64,000 bases of DNA, taken from the NCBI RefSeq assembly GCF_006345805.1, contig NC_043012.1:3100001-3164000 (forward strand). Direction: 5' to 3'. Position numbers and translations under genes: made by a program. The notes under the pieces are model-generated. The model was not told the origin of the DNA and did not search any database. It saw only the letters and a list, made by a program, of their open reading frames with translations. The DNA is from Octopus sinensis. Lineage: Eukaryota. Shown piece after piece: positions 25,776 to 37,894 of the stretch; the stretch's first letter is position 1, and the number at the start of each line of letters is the position of its first letter.

Positions 25776-27825
25776 TCTTGGGTCTTCAGATCAACCCTTC
25801 TGATTATCCAGGCCTGGGATGAAAGGTGTTCCAGCCTTGACAATCCCATTTTTAATCACATGTAGTATATCTTGGATTACATCACCCTGTGTGTACTTTT
25901 CTACTTTAAGACAGTTGAATGTAATTTGAGAAATATTTGGTTGTTGTTTCTGATTGCCTCTGTAGGCCCTTTTTTGTGTTAAACACCGTTGTAACTGAGG
26001 AGAGACTAGTACAGTTAAGGTTCCGTTTGAGTTCCATTGCAATTTAAAACAGTAGTAGGAACACTGGACTGTTGCATTAATTTTGTGCTGCATAACATAA
26101 ATTCAAATCAGACCACAACCAATTTAACCATAATTGATTCAATCATCATCATTCATCATCATCGTTTAACGTCCGCTTTCCATGCTAGCATGGGTTGGAC
26201 GGTTCAACTGGGGTCTGGGAAGCCAGAAGGCTGCACCAGGCCCAGTTTGATCTGGCAGTGTTTCTACAGCTGGATGCCCTTCCTAACGCCAACCACTTCG
26301 TGAGTGTAGTGGATGCTTTTTACGTGCCACTGGCACAGGTGCCAGACGAGGCTGGCAAACGGTCACGATCGGATGGTGCTTTTTACATTCCACCGGCACG
26401 GAGGCCAGTCAGGGTGGCGCTATAAATGAATGAATGAATAAAGAATTGCACATCATGCTGTAGCAAAGGTAGACTTAGCCTCTTCGATACCGATCTGTCT
26501 GAGACTGCCCGTAGTTTTATGAAATAAATTCCATTTTTAAGTTACCTGAATTAACACCTTCTATCAAAGTTCCATGTTAATGCATATTCTACACAGTTTA
26601 ATAATGACCTAGTCATTTTAATGAATTCTTTATTATTCTTAAGATTAATTGAAACAAAAGCAATGTATTTCAACAGAAATATGGTAAAAACAATGTTTAG
26701 AATTCAACACGCATCTTTTCTTTAAAACTTTATGGGTTATCTCCCCTCGCTATGAAGCCCTGTTCAGTTAGATTTATCGTTCACCTGCAATTACTGTGTA
26801 GAAATAAATGTGTTGAATGGGAAGGAATCTCATATATATAGGCCAGTCAAACCAACTTAGAGAAGATATACGTAATTCTGATTTAGTTGTTATTTTGTTA
26901 TTTCGTGGGGTTTTCTTTTTTTCGTATTTAAAATGTGGTTGTTGTCTAGGAGTTCTCTAATGAAATGTGTTAATATTTGTTTCATTTTTTTTTTAGTTAT
27001 GTCCACTTAAAATATTCAATTAAATGAACACGTTTTAGACTTCAGAATTTTTATTATGAATGTGTAGAACTGAAGGTATTAAAAGAGAGGTAATTTGACT
27101 TGGTTGTCCTGTGGCGCAGGGGACAAACACACAAAGCATACACATACATACACACACAAAACAGGCTTCTTTCAGTTTCTTTCTACCAAATCCACTCATA
27201 ATGCTTTAGTCAGCCTGGAGTTATAGTAAAAGATACTTGCCTAAGATACCATTTAGTGAGACTGAACCCAGAACCCTGTGATTGTGAAGCAAACTTCATA
27301 CAACACAGTCACACCTTCGTTACACATATATATACATATCATCATCATCATCGTTTAACGTCCGTTCTCCATGCTAGCATGGGTTGGACGGTTCGACCGG
27401 GGGTCTGGGAAGCCAGAAGGCTGCACCAGGCTCCAGTCTTGTCTGGCAATGTTTCTACAGCTGGATGCCCTTCCTAACGCCAACCACTCCGTGAGTGTTG
27501 TGGGTGCTTTTTACGTGCCACCTGCACTGGAGCCAGGCGAGGCTAGCAGAATCTTAAAATACTTTTGAATTATACAATATTCTAATAGTAATGTATTGCA
27601 TATTAAAAGTCTGAGATGATTTTTTTGTTGTTAATAAGACAAGGAAACCAATGTTTCAAGGTAATTAGTATTTTGTTTCATTCATCTGTTGAACTAGTAA
27701 GATCTGTGAGGAAAAAAAAAATTAAAACTTTGAACTTTTGGTCAACTGATGGATGGGATAGAATGGACACCAGAGAATACCACTGCCACTACTGTTAGAT
27801 TGGAAATTTCTCAGGTATGAGAAAT

Positions 27826-28205
27826 TGGGCGCAGGAGTGGCTGTGTGGTAAGTAGCTTGCTAACCAACCACATGGTTCCGGGTTCAGTCCCACTGCGTGG
27901 CACCTTGGGCAAGTGTCTTCTGCTATAGCCTCGGGCCGGCCAAAGCCTTGTGAGTGGATTTGGTAGACGGAAACTGAAAGAAGCCCGTCGTATATATATA
28001 TATATGCGTGTCTGTGTTTGTCCCCCTAGCATTGCTTGACAACCGATGCTGGTGTGTTTATGTCCCCGTTACTTAGTGGTTCGGCAAAAGATAGAATAAG
28101 TACTGGGCTTACAAAAGAATAAGTCCCGGGGTCGAATTGCTCGACTAAAGGCGGTGCTCCAGCATGGCCGCAGTCAAATGACTGAAACAAGTAAAAGAGT
28201 AAAGT
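27826..28205 (+). mobile_element. SINE family B, full length
   Basis: Same structure as the 60276 copy. Confidence 0.88.
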
Positions 28206-28238
28206 ACTTTTCAAGAGTTGAAACTTGAAGATGTTTGG

Positions 28239-28468
28239 ACCCTTTTGATACTAAGTTGCCAGAAACTGCCTCTGGATTAAGGATACAAACTTTCAGTTTT
28301 AAAGTTATCTAAATTAAAGACTTCCATCAAAATTTTATGATAATTTGTGTTCCAAACACCAGCTTCATAATGACGATGTTATTTCATTAAATTCTTCATT
28401 ATTTTCAGAGTTTTATTAAAACAAAAGTTATGTATTTCAGCAGAAATTTGGTAATGAAAGGGGTGAAA
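28239..28468 (+). mobile_element. piggyBac-type MITE family 1, decayed copy; partial copies at about 26570-26700 and 30140-30242
   Basis: Starts CCCTTTTGATAC..., ends GGTAATGAAAGGGGTGAA; internal similarity to the 25551 copy. Confidence 0.6.
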
Positions 28469-30262
28469 TGGTAAAACTGTATGTTGTATTTCCTGCATTG
28501 TTATGGTTTTATTCTCTCTTTCTCTAATGTTACCGGACAGTGCTTCTAGATGCCTCGAGTATTTCAAGAAGATTTATTATATTGTCAATCAGTTGACAGC
28601 ATTTTCAAGATGAAATTATTTTTTTAAAAAATATTTACATAATTTTCTTGTTGAAAAACGAAATAGCTTTTAGAAGAATAGTAATATTAATGCATATGTT
28701 TAATGAATGCTAATTGTGACTCTACTAAAATACATCTATTAAAACAAATTATATCATATGGAACAGAACTATATCATTTGTATGAAATACGGGGGGGGGG
28801 GGTATTTGACATAATTGTAACAAGTGATCAACATGGTTTCCTTTCTTAGCCATAACAGCTTCTATGTCCTTCTTTCTTCGGATGTATAAATTTTTATCAT
28901 ATCATTTGTCAAAACATTATTATAAATTGTTGTCTGATTTTTAACCAAATTACCTTTCTTCACTAAAAATCCAATGTTTGAAATTCAATTGTAATTGATG
29001 CACAAAAATTATGTTAACAATTTATGTTTTTTATGTTGACTAAAAAAAAAATGTACTTGAGTTTCAGCATACTCATATTTCCATCTGAGTAGATCTGTAT
29101 GTAGATTGCAGTAATTATAGTTACTTTGATTAAGAAAGATGGCTATTTTGTTATGAACAATACTTTTGAATAGTCTTGTTACAAATGTTCTTTTACACTC
29201 TCATTTGACCCATAATTTTATGTGTTATATATAAATATATGTATGTATATCTTCCTGATAAAAATGATAAATGAAGGCCAGATGACACATTTCCTGTTGT
29301 TCTAAACTTGGCCACACACTTTACTTTATTATTAAATACGAAAAGTGATCTTAACATAAATCTCTTCTTTTAATGTAATTGCACCAGGACCAAGACAAAC
29401 AGAAGTGAGCTACTTGCAGAAACTTGACAAAAACTCTCTTCAACATTAAACTTCTAATGGAGCTTGTGGCTGATTCCACTACTGCTTATAACACCATCCT
29501 AACTGCTCTTATAATCTATTCAGTTAGGGTGATGAACTGGCAGAATATCAGAGAATTGGATAGAATGCCTTGCAGCACTTGTCCTGACACCATGTGTTCT
29601 GGGTTCAAAAGTAGTTTGACTTATTCACTGAGACAAATTTTGAGGACCAAAAATTTCATGTGAAATGCAGCCAGATTTGGGAAAACAATGATGTTTGAAT
29701 GTTTACATTATATGCTTACACTATATACTACATCAGCTTGTATTTTGGAAAATACAGTACTGCATTCTAAGCTAAGAACTTGGGTTTGTCTCACCAGAAA
29801 TCTATCCTTTGAAATTTCTCGTCATGGTACAAATTGAAATAACTTTCTGTAACTCTTTCTACCATTTTCTTAACTTGAAGCCTGAAATCTTGCCCTTGTA
29901 GTCCATTATTCTTGCAATATTTTTGGTACTTCAGATCCTCTTCATAGTCTTATAAATATTGCAGAACCCTTTTCCCAATGATATTTTGAAGAACGTAATT
30001 ACTGTGTTTCTTCACTTGTGTATTTTTTTTCTGCAAAGCATTCAGACGTATGCAAACATCCATACACATTTGAAGTGTCTTATATATATGAGTGTCTCTC
30101 CCAGCAAATATATGTTCACTTTAGTTAAAATTTCAAGAGAATTTATGTTCCAAATACCAGCTTAGTGATAAAACTATTTTACTAAATTCTTCATTACAAA
30201 AGCAGTGTATTTCAACAGAAATATGGTAATAAAAGGGCTAACTACCCTCATATCTTTACCTA

Positions 30263-30832
30263 CAAAAAAAGCAGTGCTTGAATTCGAACAGCGCATAGCA
30301 ACCAACCCTGACAGCAAAGTGTTCTGGAAGTATGTACATTCAAAGCAGAGACCTCACTCTCCAATTGGTCCCCTTCGCAATCTCCACGCAGGGCAGATTA
30401 CTGGCAATCCCAAAGAATGTGCAGAAATCATTCCTGGATGCTATGCAGGCATCTTTACTGTCGCAGATCAAAATGTTCCATCTCCATCACCTCTGGCACT
30501 GGACTCTATAACTACTGTGAAATTTACACCAGCAATTTTACAACGCCACCTTAAAAATAAACGTAACTATGCCTCTCCTGGTCTCGATGGTGTTACATAC
30601 CTACTTCTCAAACGCGGTGGGTACTTTCTTCTAAACCAACTTTCACTATTCTTTCAATTCTGTCTTGACAATGGTGTTACTCCAGAGTAGTGGAAAACTG
30701 CCAGTGTTATCCCTCTGTTCAAAAAAGGTGACCGCACATCAACTGTCAACTATCGCCCCGTTAGTCTTACTAGCTGCATCGCCAAACTGATGGAATCCTG
30801 TGTCAGAGAAACCCTCTGGAACTTCTGGAAAT
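30263..30832 (+). mobile_element. CR1/Jockey-group LINE ORF2 internal fragment (pre-RT linker and start of RT), decayed
   Basis: NPDSKVFWKYV...ASPGLDGV...P(E*)WKTASVIPLFKKGDRTSTVNYRPVSLTSCIAKLME; in-frame TAG at 30688-30690. The KKG...NYRPxSL motif is diagnostic of non-LTR RTs. Confidence 0.88.
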
Positions 30833-31367
30833 TAGCTTATTGTTTGCTTTGTCAGTTATTGACCTCTTGAAGAGGGAATTTATTGCACTGTAAAATGCTC
30901 ATGTGAGTTTATAGTTTCCCTAGGTGTCTCTTTCTCAAATAAATTATACATTTTATTCAAGGTTCTGATGAAGCTATAAAGTATCATTCAGGCACTCAAC
31001 TACGAGTCCACTACATCTTATAGCAGAAACAGCTGGAAGCTAATGAAATTCATTACATAATCATTTATTCTTTTGTCATCTCAGTTTCTTATTATCGCTC
31101 TATATTCTGCCAACACTTCATTCTGAAACATAAGTATATTGAATTCTGTATCGGGTTGTTGGTCTCGCAATGCCTAAGAAAAATGTTAAAACACAAACTC
31201 TCTCATCTGGAAGAGTTCTATATAAAGTTTATCTAAATAAGTCCAGGTTTGATTTTGTAGTTGTTACTAGAACATAACAAGATGTGTCATTACAAAAACA
31301 AAAATTTGATTTGTGTTGTATTAATTGTTTCAAAGACTTCATCATTGCTCTGTTTTTGTTTTTTTAG

Positions 31368-31536
31368 GACGTGCTCCTGAATACCGGCCAATGTCATCCC
31401 CGCCATCTGAAGCCCCCCCAAGTCCATCCCATAAACACAGAGGACACTGGGTAAAGCAACCGCGTCCCCAATTACCTAGACAGATCAGTGACAAATCGGA
31501 GACCTTTGACCCCACGGCTCCATTGACGAAGCAAAA
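31368..31536 (+). CDS. SHB/SHF-like: SH2 adapter coding exon (Pro-rich linker ending DPTAPLTKQ)
   Basis: Acceptor tttttag|GA (phase 1) and donor CAAAA|GTATTT (phase 2). Reads GRAPEYRPMSSPP...ETFDPTAPLTKQ(K), matching the DPxxPLxxQ-WYHG lead-in of family SH2 domains. Confidence 0.9.
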
Positions 31537-31919
31537 GTATTTTCATTTTTTTTTATTATTTCTTCCCTAGTTTCATTGTTTGACTTGAGAAATAGATCTG
31601 TTTCTTTATTTCATTTTATATCACAATTTGTTTACATTAGAATTGTTGGTCACAGCTTTCCAATAAACCTGTAACTGATTCATCACATTTTTGATAGCAA
31701 AATTCACAGAAGAGTCTCACTAGTCTTTCAGTTTCTTGTTCATTTTGCTATCTTTCACCAGTGCTTATTCCTTTCATCAATATTTATTTCTGAGATGTGT
31801 GTGTGTGTGTGAACTCGACAGGCTTGCATACTGTCACAGTCCACCAAACTCCACTTGCAAAGCATTTGTCTCTCAAGAGATTTGCAGTTCTGGCACTCTG
31901 TCAGTGACAACAGCAATGT

Positions 31920-32200
31920 TTCCAATTGATCCGATCAACAGAAATTATTGTGCAAGTGGCTGAGTACTCCACAGATATGTGTACTCTTAACATAGTTCTC
32001 AGTGACAATCAGCATGACACAGAGCATAACAAGGCTGGCCTCTTGAAATGCAGGTGCAACTCCTTTTTGCCAGCTGAGTGTACTGGAGCAATGTGAAATA
32101 AAGTGTCTTGCTCAAGGACACAATGCATCACCAGGAATTGAACTCACAGCCATACAATTGCAAGCTGAATACTCTAACCACTAAGCCATGTGCTTCATGC
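31920..32200 (-). mobile_element. tRNA-derived SINE with a family-D-type head; related copies at 22755-23045, 10090-10350, 40040-40200, 58300-58525
   Basis: Minus strand TGAAGCACATGGCTTAGTGGTTAG...GAGTTCAATTCC...TGTGTCCTTGAGCAAGACACTTTATTTCAC. Confidence 0.7.
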
Positions 32201-33167
32201 ATTTGCAGTAGATACTTGCCCAAAGCACCACTTGCTGAATTTGAACCCAGAATCATGTAGCTGGAAAGTAAACCTCTTAATTGCATGGCCATGTCTGTCT
32301 AATGTTTTAAAACTGGTTGATTTGAAGAAATCTATTAAACAAAATTTGTGCGAGTAAAACTTGCTAGAGGGAAACCTTACTAATAACCATGCAGAAGCTC
32401 ATTGCATGTATGTGTGAATGAGTGCGTGTGTGTGTACATGTGTGCATGTATATGCACACATGCAATGCATTCAGTGCTTAGATGAGAGTGGCGCTCTTTC
32501 ACTTTTAAGAGTACCTGGAATATATATGTGAAGTGGGGTGCACTCATATTATGATTGTGTATTTCAGTACGCCCTTCTATACTAAAGAGATAAAACTTTG
32601 CCATTTAAAACATAGAATTCTATAAAATATGAAGCTGTAATTAAAACCCTTGAAAGTGGTTCACTCCTTAATATCAGAGAAAAATAACTAAATAAAGTAT
32701 TTAAAAGAAAATTGGCACCTTGGGCAAATGTCTTCTGCTATAGCCTCAGGCTGACCATAGCCTTGCAAGTGAATTTGGTAGATGGAAACTGGAAGAAGCC
32801 TGTTGTGTGTGCATAAGCTCCAAAAATTTTTTTTTTTCTCTCTGTGTTTATTTCCTCTTGTTCCTTTCTGTTGAAGAGCATAGGCTCGAAACGTAAAAGA
32901 CTTTCTCACCTTCCTGAGCATCAAACTAATACACCTGCCTGTCTTCATCTTTTGTTTTTCTGTAAATTTCAACTATATATATATGTAATGTATATATCTT
33001 GACAACCAGTGCTAGTGTGTTTATGTCCCTGTAACTTAGTGGTTCAGCAAAAGAGATTGATAGAATAAGTGCTATGCTTTAAAAATAAGTCTTGAGGTCA
33101 ATTTGTTCAACTAAAAACCTTGAAGGTGGTGCCCCAGCATGGCTGCAGTCTAATGACTGAAACAAAT

Positions 33168-33481
33168 TTTATTATTTATGCGCCCTTTTCAAGCCTAGCC
33201 AGGCTCATGGGCCCGGTTTCCTGGTTTCTGTGGCGTATGTGTACCCCCCAGCTGGACGGGACGCCAGTCCATCGCAGCGTTACTCAAGAAACAGGAAGAG
33301 AGAGTGAGAGAAAGTTGGGGCGACAAAGTACAACAGGGGTCGCCCCACCCCCTCCCTGCCGGAGCCTCATGGAGCTTTAGGTGTTTTCGCTCAATAAACA
33401 CAATGCCTGGTCTGGGAATCGAAACCGTGATCCTCCGACCGCAAGTCCGCTGCCGTAACCACTTGGCCATTGCGCCTCCAC
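33168..33481 (-). mobile_element. tRNA-derived SINE family D, intact copy with 16-bp TSD, inserted in the tail of a family B SINE
   Basis: Minus strand GTGGAGGCGCAATGGCCAAGTGGTTACGGCAGCGGACTTGCGGTCGGAGGATCACGGTTTCGATTCCC has clear A and B boxes. TSD AATGACTGAAACAAAT at 33152-33167 and 33482-33497. Confidence 0.9.
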
Positions 33482-33598
33482 AATGACTGAAACAAATAAA
33501 AGATAAAGAAGAACAAAATACATTGGTTTGTTTGACTTAATATGCCTGACTGACAATGATTGCCATTCCTACAACAAACCACTTAATTAAGAAATATT

Positions 33599-34140
33599 TT
33601 AACCCTTTACCATTCAAATTGGCCATATGTGGGCCAAATAATTTCCCTGTTTTATATTCAAACAAACCAGATATGACCTCTCACACCTTATCTTACAATG
33701 CTAGCTTAAAAATAAACAATTACATCATTGAAATCTCAAAGCTAAGAGATAATGCATGATTAATTCACAACAATCATCATCATCATCATCATCATCATCG
33801 TTTAGCGTCCGCTTTCCATGCTAGCATGGGTTGGACGGTTCAACTGGGGTCTGTGAAGCCAGAAGGCTGCACCAGGCTCCGGTCTGATCTGGCAGTGTTT
33901 CTACGGCTGGATGCCCTTCCTAACGCCAACCACTCCGTGAGTGTAGTGGGTGCTTTTTACGTGCCACCCGCACAGGTGCCAGACAGAGCTGGCAAATGGC
34001 CACAAACGGATGGTGCTTTTTATGTGCCGCCGGCACGGGGGCCAGGCGAGGGTGGCAACGGACACGAACGGATGGTGCTTTTACGTGCCGAATAAATAAA
34101 AATTACATTTAATAGAGTAATTTGAATGCTAAAGTGTTAA
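33599..34140 (-). mobile_element. piggyBac-type MITE family 2, interrupted by a (GAT)n-tailed retroposon (33775-34090)
   Basis: MITE body 33599-33774 resumes at 34091 with AATAAATAA...AATGCTAAAGTGTTAA. Confidence 0.75.
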
Positions 34141-35104
34141 TAGCCATTAAAACAATAGATCCAACAACAGCAATAAAGAAAAAAAAAGACCATCCCTCAT
34201 CAGTAGGAAAATGAGTGCAAAACCATTAGGATAATTGGCCTAACACTCAATCATTTTTAAAACTCTACATGTGCATTGTAATCAGGCGTGAGTGTTTGGT
34301 CCCAGGTTCAATCCCACTGCACAGAACCTTCAGCAAGTGTCTTCTACTCAGGGCTCAGGCCAATCAAAGCCTTGTGACTGTATATGGAAGACAGAAACCG
34401 AAAGAAGCCCATTGTATGTGTGTGCATGTTTGTGTCTATGTTTGTCCCCCACAGCTGCTTGACAACCGCTGTTGATGTGTTTACGTCCCTGTAACTTAGC
34501 AGGCCATTGAAAGAGATTGCTAGAATAAGCGCCAAGCTTCAAAAAAAAGTACCGGTGTTGATTCATTCGGCTAAAATGTCTTCAAGGGATAAGTGCTGGG
34601 CATTACAAAAATATTAAGCGCGGGAGTTGGTTCATTTAACTAAAATTCTTCAAGGCAGTGCCCCAGCATGGCCACAGTCTAATGACTGAAACAGATAAAA
34701 GATAAATGATTTTTCAGTTGGAGTCTATTAAGTTCTCGCCTCAAATGTCAGCCATGTATTTTAATCTCTCTGAAATGATGTAATTGATCATATATGATGC
34801 ATTTAACAGCAGAAACCCATTGGATTAGTTTAGTTACTTCCCTTTATGTTCTGGTGTTGAGGTGGATGAAATAAATGTCAGTCATATTTTGGTTTCAACT
34901 CCATCATCCATTACTAATAGATTCCGTGGCAATGCAAGAGCTTGATTTTAATAAAGGACCCCCACCTCCACTCCAAGCGGGGGAAAATAGTTCTGATTGT
35001 CAAATAATCCACTGAAATTCAAGGGAGAGAAATCTGCAGTTGTTTATGAGCTGTGAAAAATGTGTTTCCATAGGTGGAAGTGAGGAAGGTATAAATTTAT
35101 TCCC

Positions 35105-35340
35105 TAAGGCAGCGAGCTGGCAGAAACGTTGGCACGCCGGGCGAAATGCGTAGCTGTATTTCGTCTGCCGTTACATTTTGCGTTCAGATTCCGCTGAGGT
35201 CAACTTTGCCTTTCATCCTTTCGGGGTCGATAAATTAAGTACCAGTTACGCACTGGGGTCGATATAATCGACTTAATCCGTTTGTCTGTCCTTGTTTGTC
35301 CCCTCTGTGTTTAGCCCTTTGTGGGTAGTAAAGAAATAGG
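35105..35340 (+). mobile_element. SINE family A (tail type 1) with TSD
   Basis: Same body; AGG(T/C)ATAAATTTATTCCC at 35087-35104 and 35338-35355. Confidence 0.88.
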
Positions 35341-35945
35341 CATAAATTTATTCCCATCATAGACTTTTAACACTAAGTTATTTATCCACATCAACACACG
35401 TACGCAAGCATGTACACATTCGTTGAATACATTTAAAGAGACTTTTTTAATAATTAACCGAGACAAATTACAATTGTTATTCCCTAAATGGTATGGAATA
35501 ATACGTTTTCTATTCGCATTTGACTTTCTTGTCAATGTTTCTCAGTGAATTTTCTAATGATTTTGTTATTTGACCATTTTTACTTGTTTCATCTTCTACT
35601 TCTGATTACTTTCTTAAGTTTAGAAATGGTCTTCATTCCAAAACATGATTTAAAACCAATTCCTTATTTCTCTTTTATATGTATTCATTTAAATAAGACA
35701 TCACAGAAAGAATCTTCAAAATCCCATAAACTTCTATTTCATAAATGAAAACATTTTATTAGTTTTACTTTATTTTAGAGTCACCACACTTCCATACTCA
35801 TGACTCATACACTGTTCACTTTCCTGACTTTTGTACATAATTCTATGTACTGTACGTGCACCTTTGATGAGTTGTAGTGTACCTGAGCACTATATACAAT
35901 AATTTCATTATCATCCACTGATTTGGTTCCTTTTTCTTTTGACAG

Positions 35946-36065
35946 ATGGTACCATGGAAATATCTCTCGACTGCAGGCAGAACAACTTCTTCGTGTGTGC
36001 CGTGAAGGCAGCTACTTAGTACGGAGAAGCACAAGTAGCAAAGGAGAATTTAGTTTATCTATCAA
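35946..36065 (+). CDS. SHB/SHF-like: SH2 adapter exon, N-terminal half of SH2 domain
   Basis: Acceptor ttttgacag|A and donor ATCAA|GTAAGT; 120 nt, phase 2-2. Translates WYHGNISRLQAEQLLRVCREGSYLVRRSTSSKGEFSLSI(K), including the YLVRxS phosphotyrosine-pocket motif. Missed by the ORF track. Confidence 0.96.
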
Positions 36066-36954
36066 GTAAGTTTGATTCCATGTATAGCAATTAATTTCTA
36101 TTCCAAGGCACTGATTTCAAACCATATCTCTTATGGTGGCCCTGTTGGGAGAATTGTTAGCACACCAGATGAAATGCTAAATGGCATTTCTCCTGGCTCT
36201 TTACAATCTTGAGTTCAAATGCCACCTAGGTTAACTGTGCCTTTCATCCTTTCAGAGTTCATAAAATAAGTATCATTCAAGTACTGGGATCAATGTAATT
36301 GACTAACCCCTCTCCCTAAAATTGCTGGCCTTGTGCCAAAATTTGAAACCATTCTTATCATATCTCTTTCATAGATGAGTTAACTGGTAGTTAGTGTTTA
36401 ACTCCCGAAGAGCCCTGCCTGAGCATAGTGTATGTAGGACCACATTATTCAATGTGTCCTCTTTTTTTTTTTCATGATGATAAGGTGTGATTCATGGGAG
36501 ATTTAGTTGTTGTTTCTAATAACATGTTCTTGGTACCAACTGCTCTAATTAGTACACTAATCAACCAACCAACTGGGAAGTTGGAATGGTATATGTTATG
36601 AACAGATACTGTCTATGACAAACTGGTACACAACAGAATCACTAACTACTGTGTGTCTTACATCATCACCACCATCATTTAACGTCCGTCTTCCATGCTG
36701 GCATTGACTGGACAGTTCAACAGGAGCTGACCAGCTGAAGAGCTGCCCAAGCTTCTTTTATCTCTTTTGACATGGTTTCTTCAGCTAAATGCCTTTCCTA
36801 ATGCCAACCACTTTACAGAGTATACTGAGTGCTTTTTACATAGCACCATCACCAAATGCTCTTCACATGGCATTGGCACTGATGCCTTATACATAGCACT
36901 GGCATGGCTGCTTTTTAATTGGCACCAGCACCAGGATGTAACACTAGCAAGCAT

Positions 36955-37392
36955 GTTTGTACTCTTACTCTTTTACTTGTTTCAGTCATTTGTCTGTGGC
37001 CATGCTGGAGCAAGGCCTTTTTAGTCGAGCAAATCGACCCCAGAACTTATTCTTTGTAAGCCTAGTACTTATTCTATCGGTCTCTTTTGCCGAACCGCTA
37101 AATTACGTGGACGTAAACACACCAGCATCAGTTGTCAAGCGATGCTGGGGAGACAAACACAGACACACAAACATATACACACATACACATACATACATAC
37201 ATATTTACATATATACATACATACATATATATATATATACATACATATATACAACGGGCTTCTTTCAGTTTCCATCTACCAAATCCACTCACAAGGCTTT
37301 GGTAAGCCCGAGGCTATAGTAGACGACGCTTGCCCAAGGTGCCATGCAGCGGACTGAACCCAGAACCATGTGGTTGGTAAGCAAGCTACTTA
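36955..37392 (-). mobile_element. SINE family B, full length; other copies at 2375-2545, 3125-3350, 11290-11690, 20960-21310, 27120-27310, 32715-33167, 34290-34705, 48640-48780, 56290-56600
   Basis: Reverse complement of the family B consensus with a long internal (TA)/(CATA) tract. Confidence 0.85.
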
Positions 37393-37710
37393 CCACAGCC
37401 ACTCCTACGCCTTGTGTAATAATTTTTTTCAAAGAAAGCAAGGGTGATGTTCTTGATTTCAAATTTCCCAAAACTTGGATCAATGTTAGACAAAAGATCA
37501 AGTAAAACATACTTTGAAAACAAATTAATGTCTTCTTTTTTAAAACTTTTAGGTTTTTTTTTCTGATTTTGTTGTTATTGTAAATTCTACTTTTAAAAGA
37601 TTCACAGGAGACAGTGTTGTGTGTAACTTTAACATAATGCTCCAAATAATTTTGGGAAAACATAATCTTCCTATATGATTGCTTACTGTGTATTTTCTGT
37701 CTATTTTCAG

Positions 37711-37894
37711 AGGCTGCCGAAGCATTATGCATATCAGGATAGCTAACAGGAATGAGCTTTATATTTTGGGAGAGTTCAGTGAGCCATTCCGGACTGTGCC
37801 TGATATGATCCATTACTACGGCTCAAATATATTACGGATCAAAGATGCAGATCATCTCCATTTACGGTATCCAGTTTCTGTAAATATGGCATGA
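37711..37894 (+). CDS. SHB/SHF-like: SH2 adapter terminal coding exon, C-terminal half of SH2 domain
   Basis: Acceptor ctattttcag|A, stop TGA 37892-37894. GCRSIMHIRIA...FRTVPDMIHYYGSNILRIKDADHLHLRYPVSVNMA resembles the recalled SHB C-terminus (FDSVPEVIHYY...LPIKGAEHLSLLYPV). Confidence 0.95.

Noticed and set aside
33405-33481. tRNA gene
   Set aside because: A and B boxes are present, but no acceptor stem closes and the sequence continues into a SINE body flanked by a TSD; the same applies to the family A and B heads.
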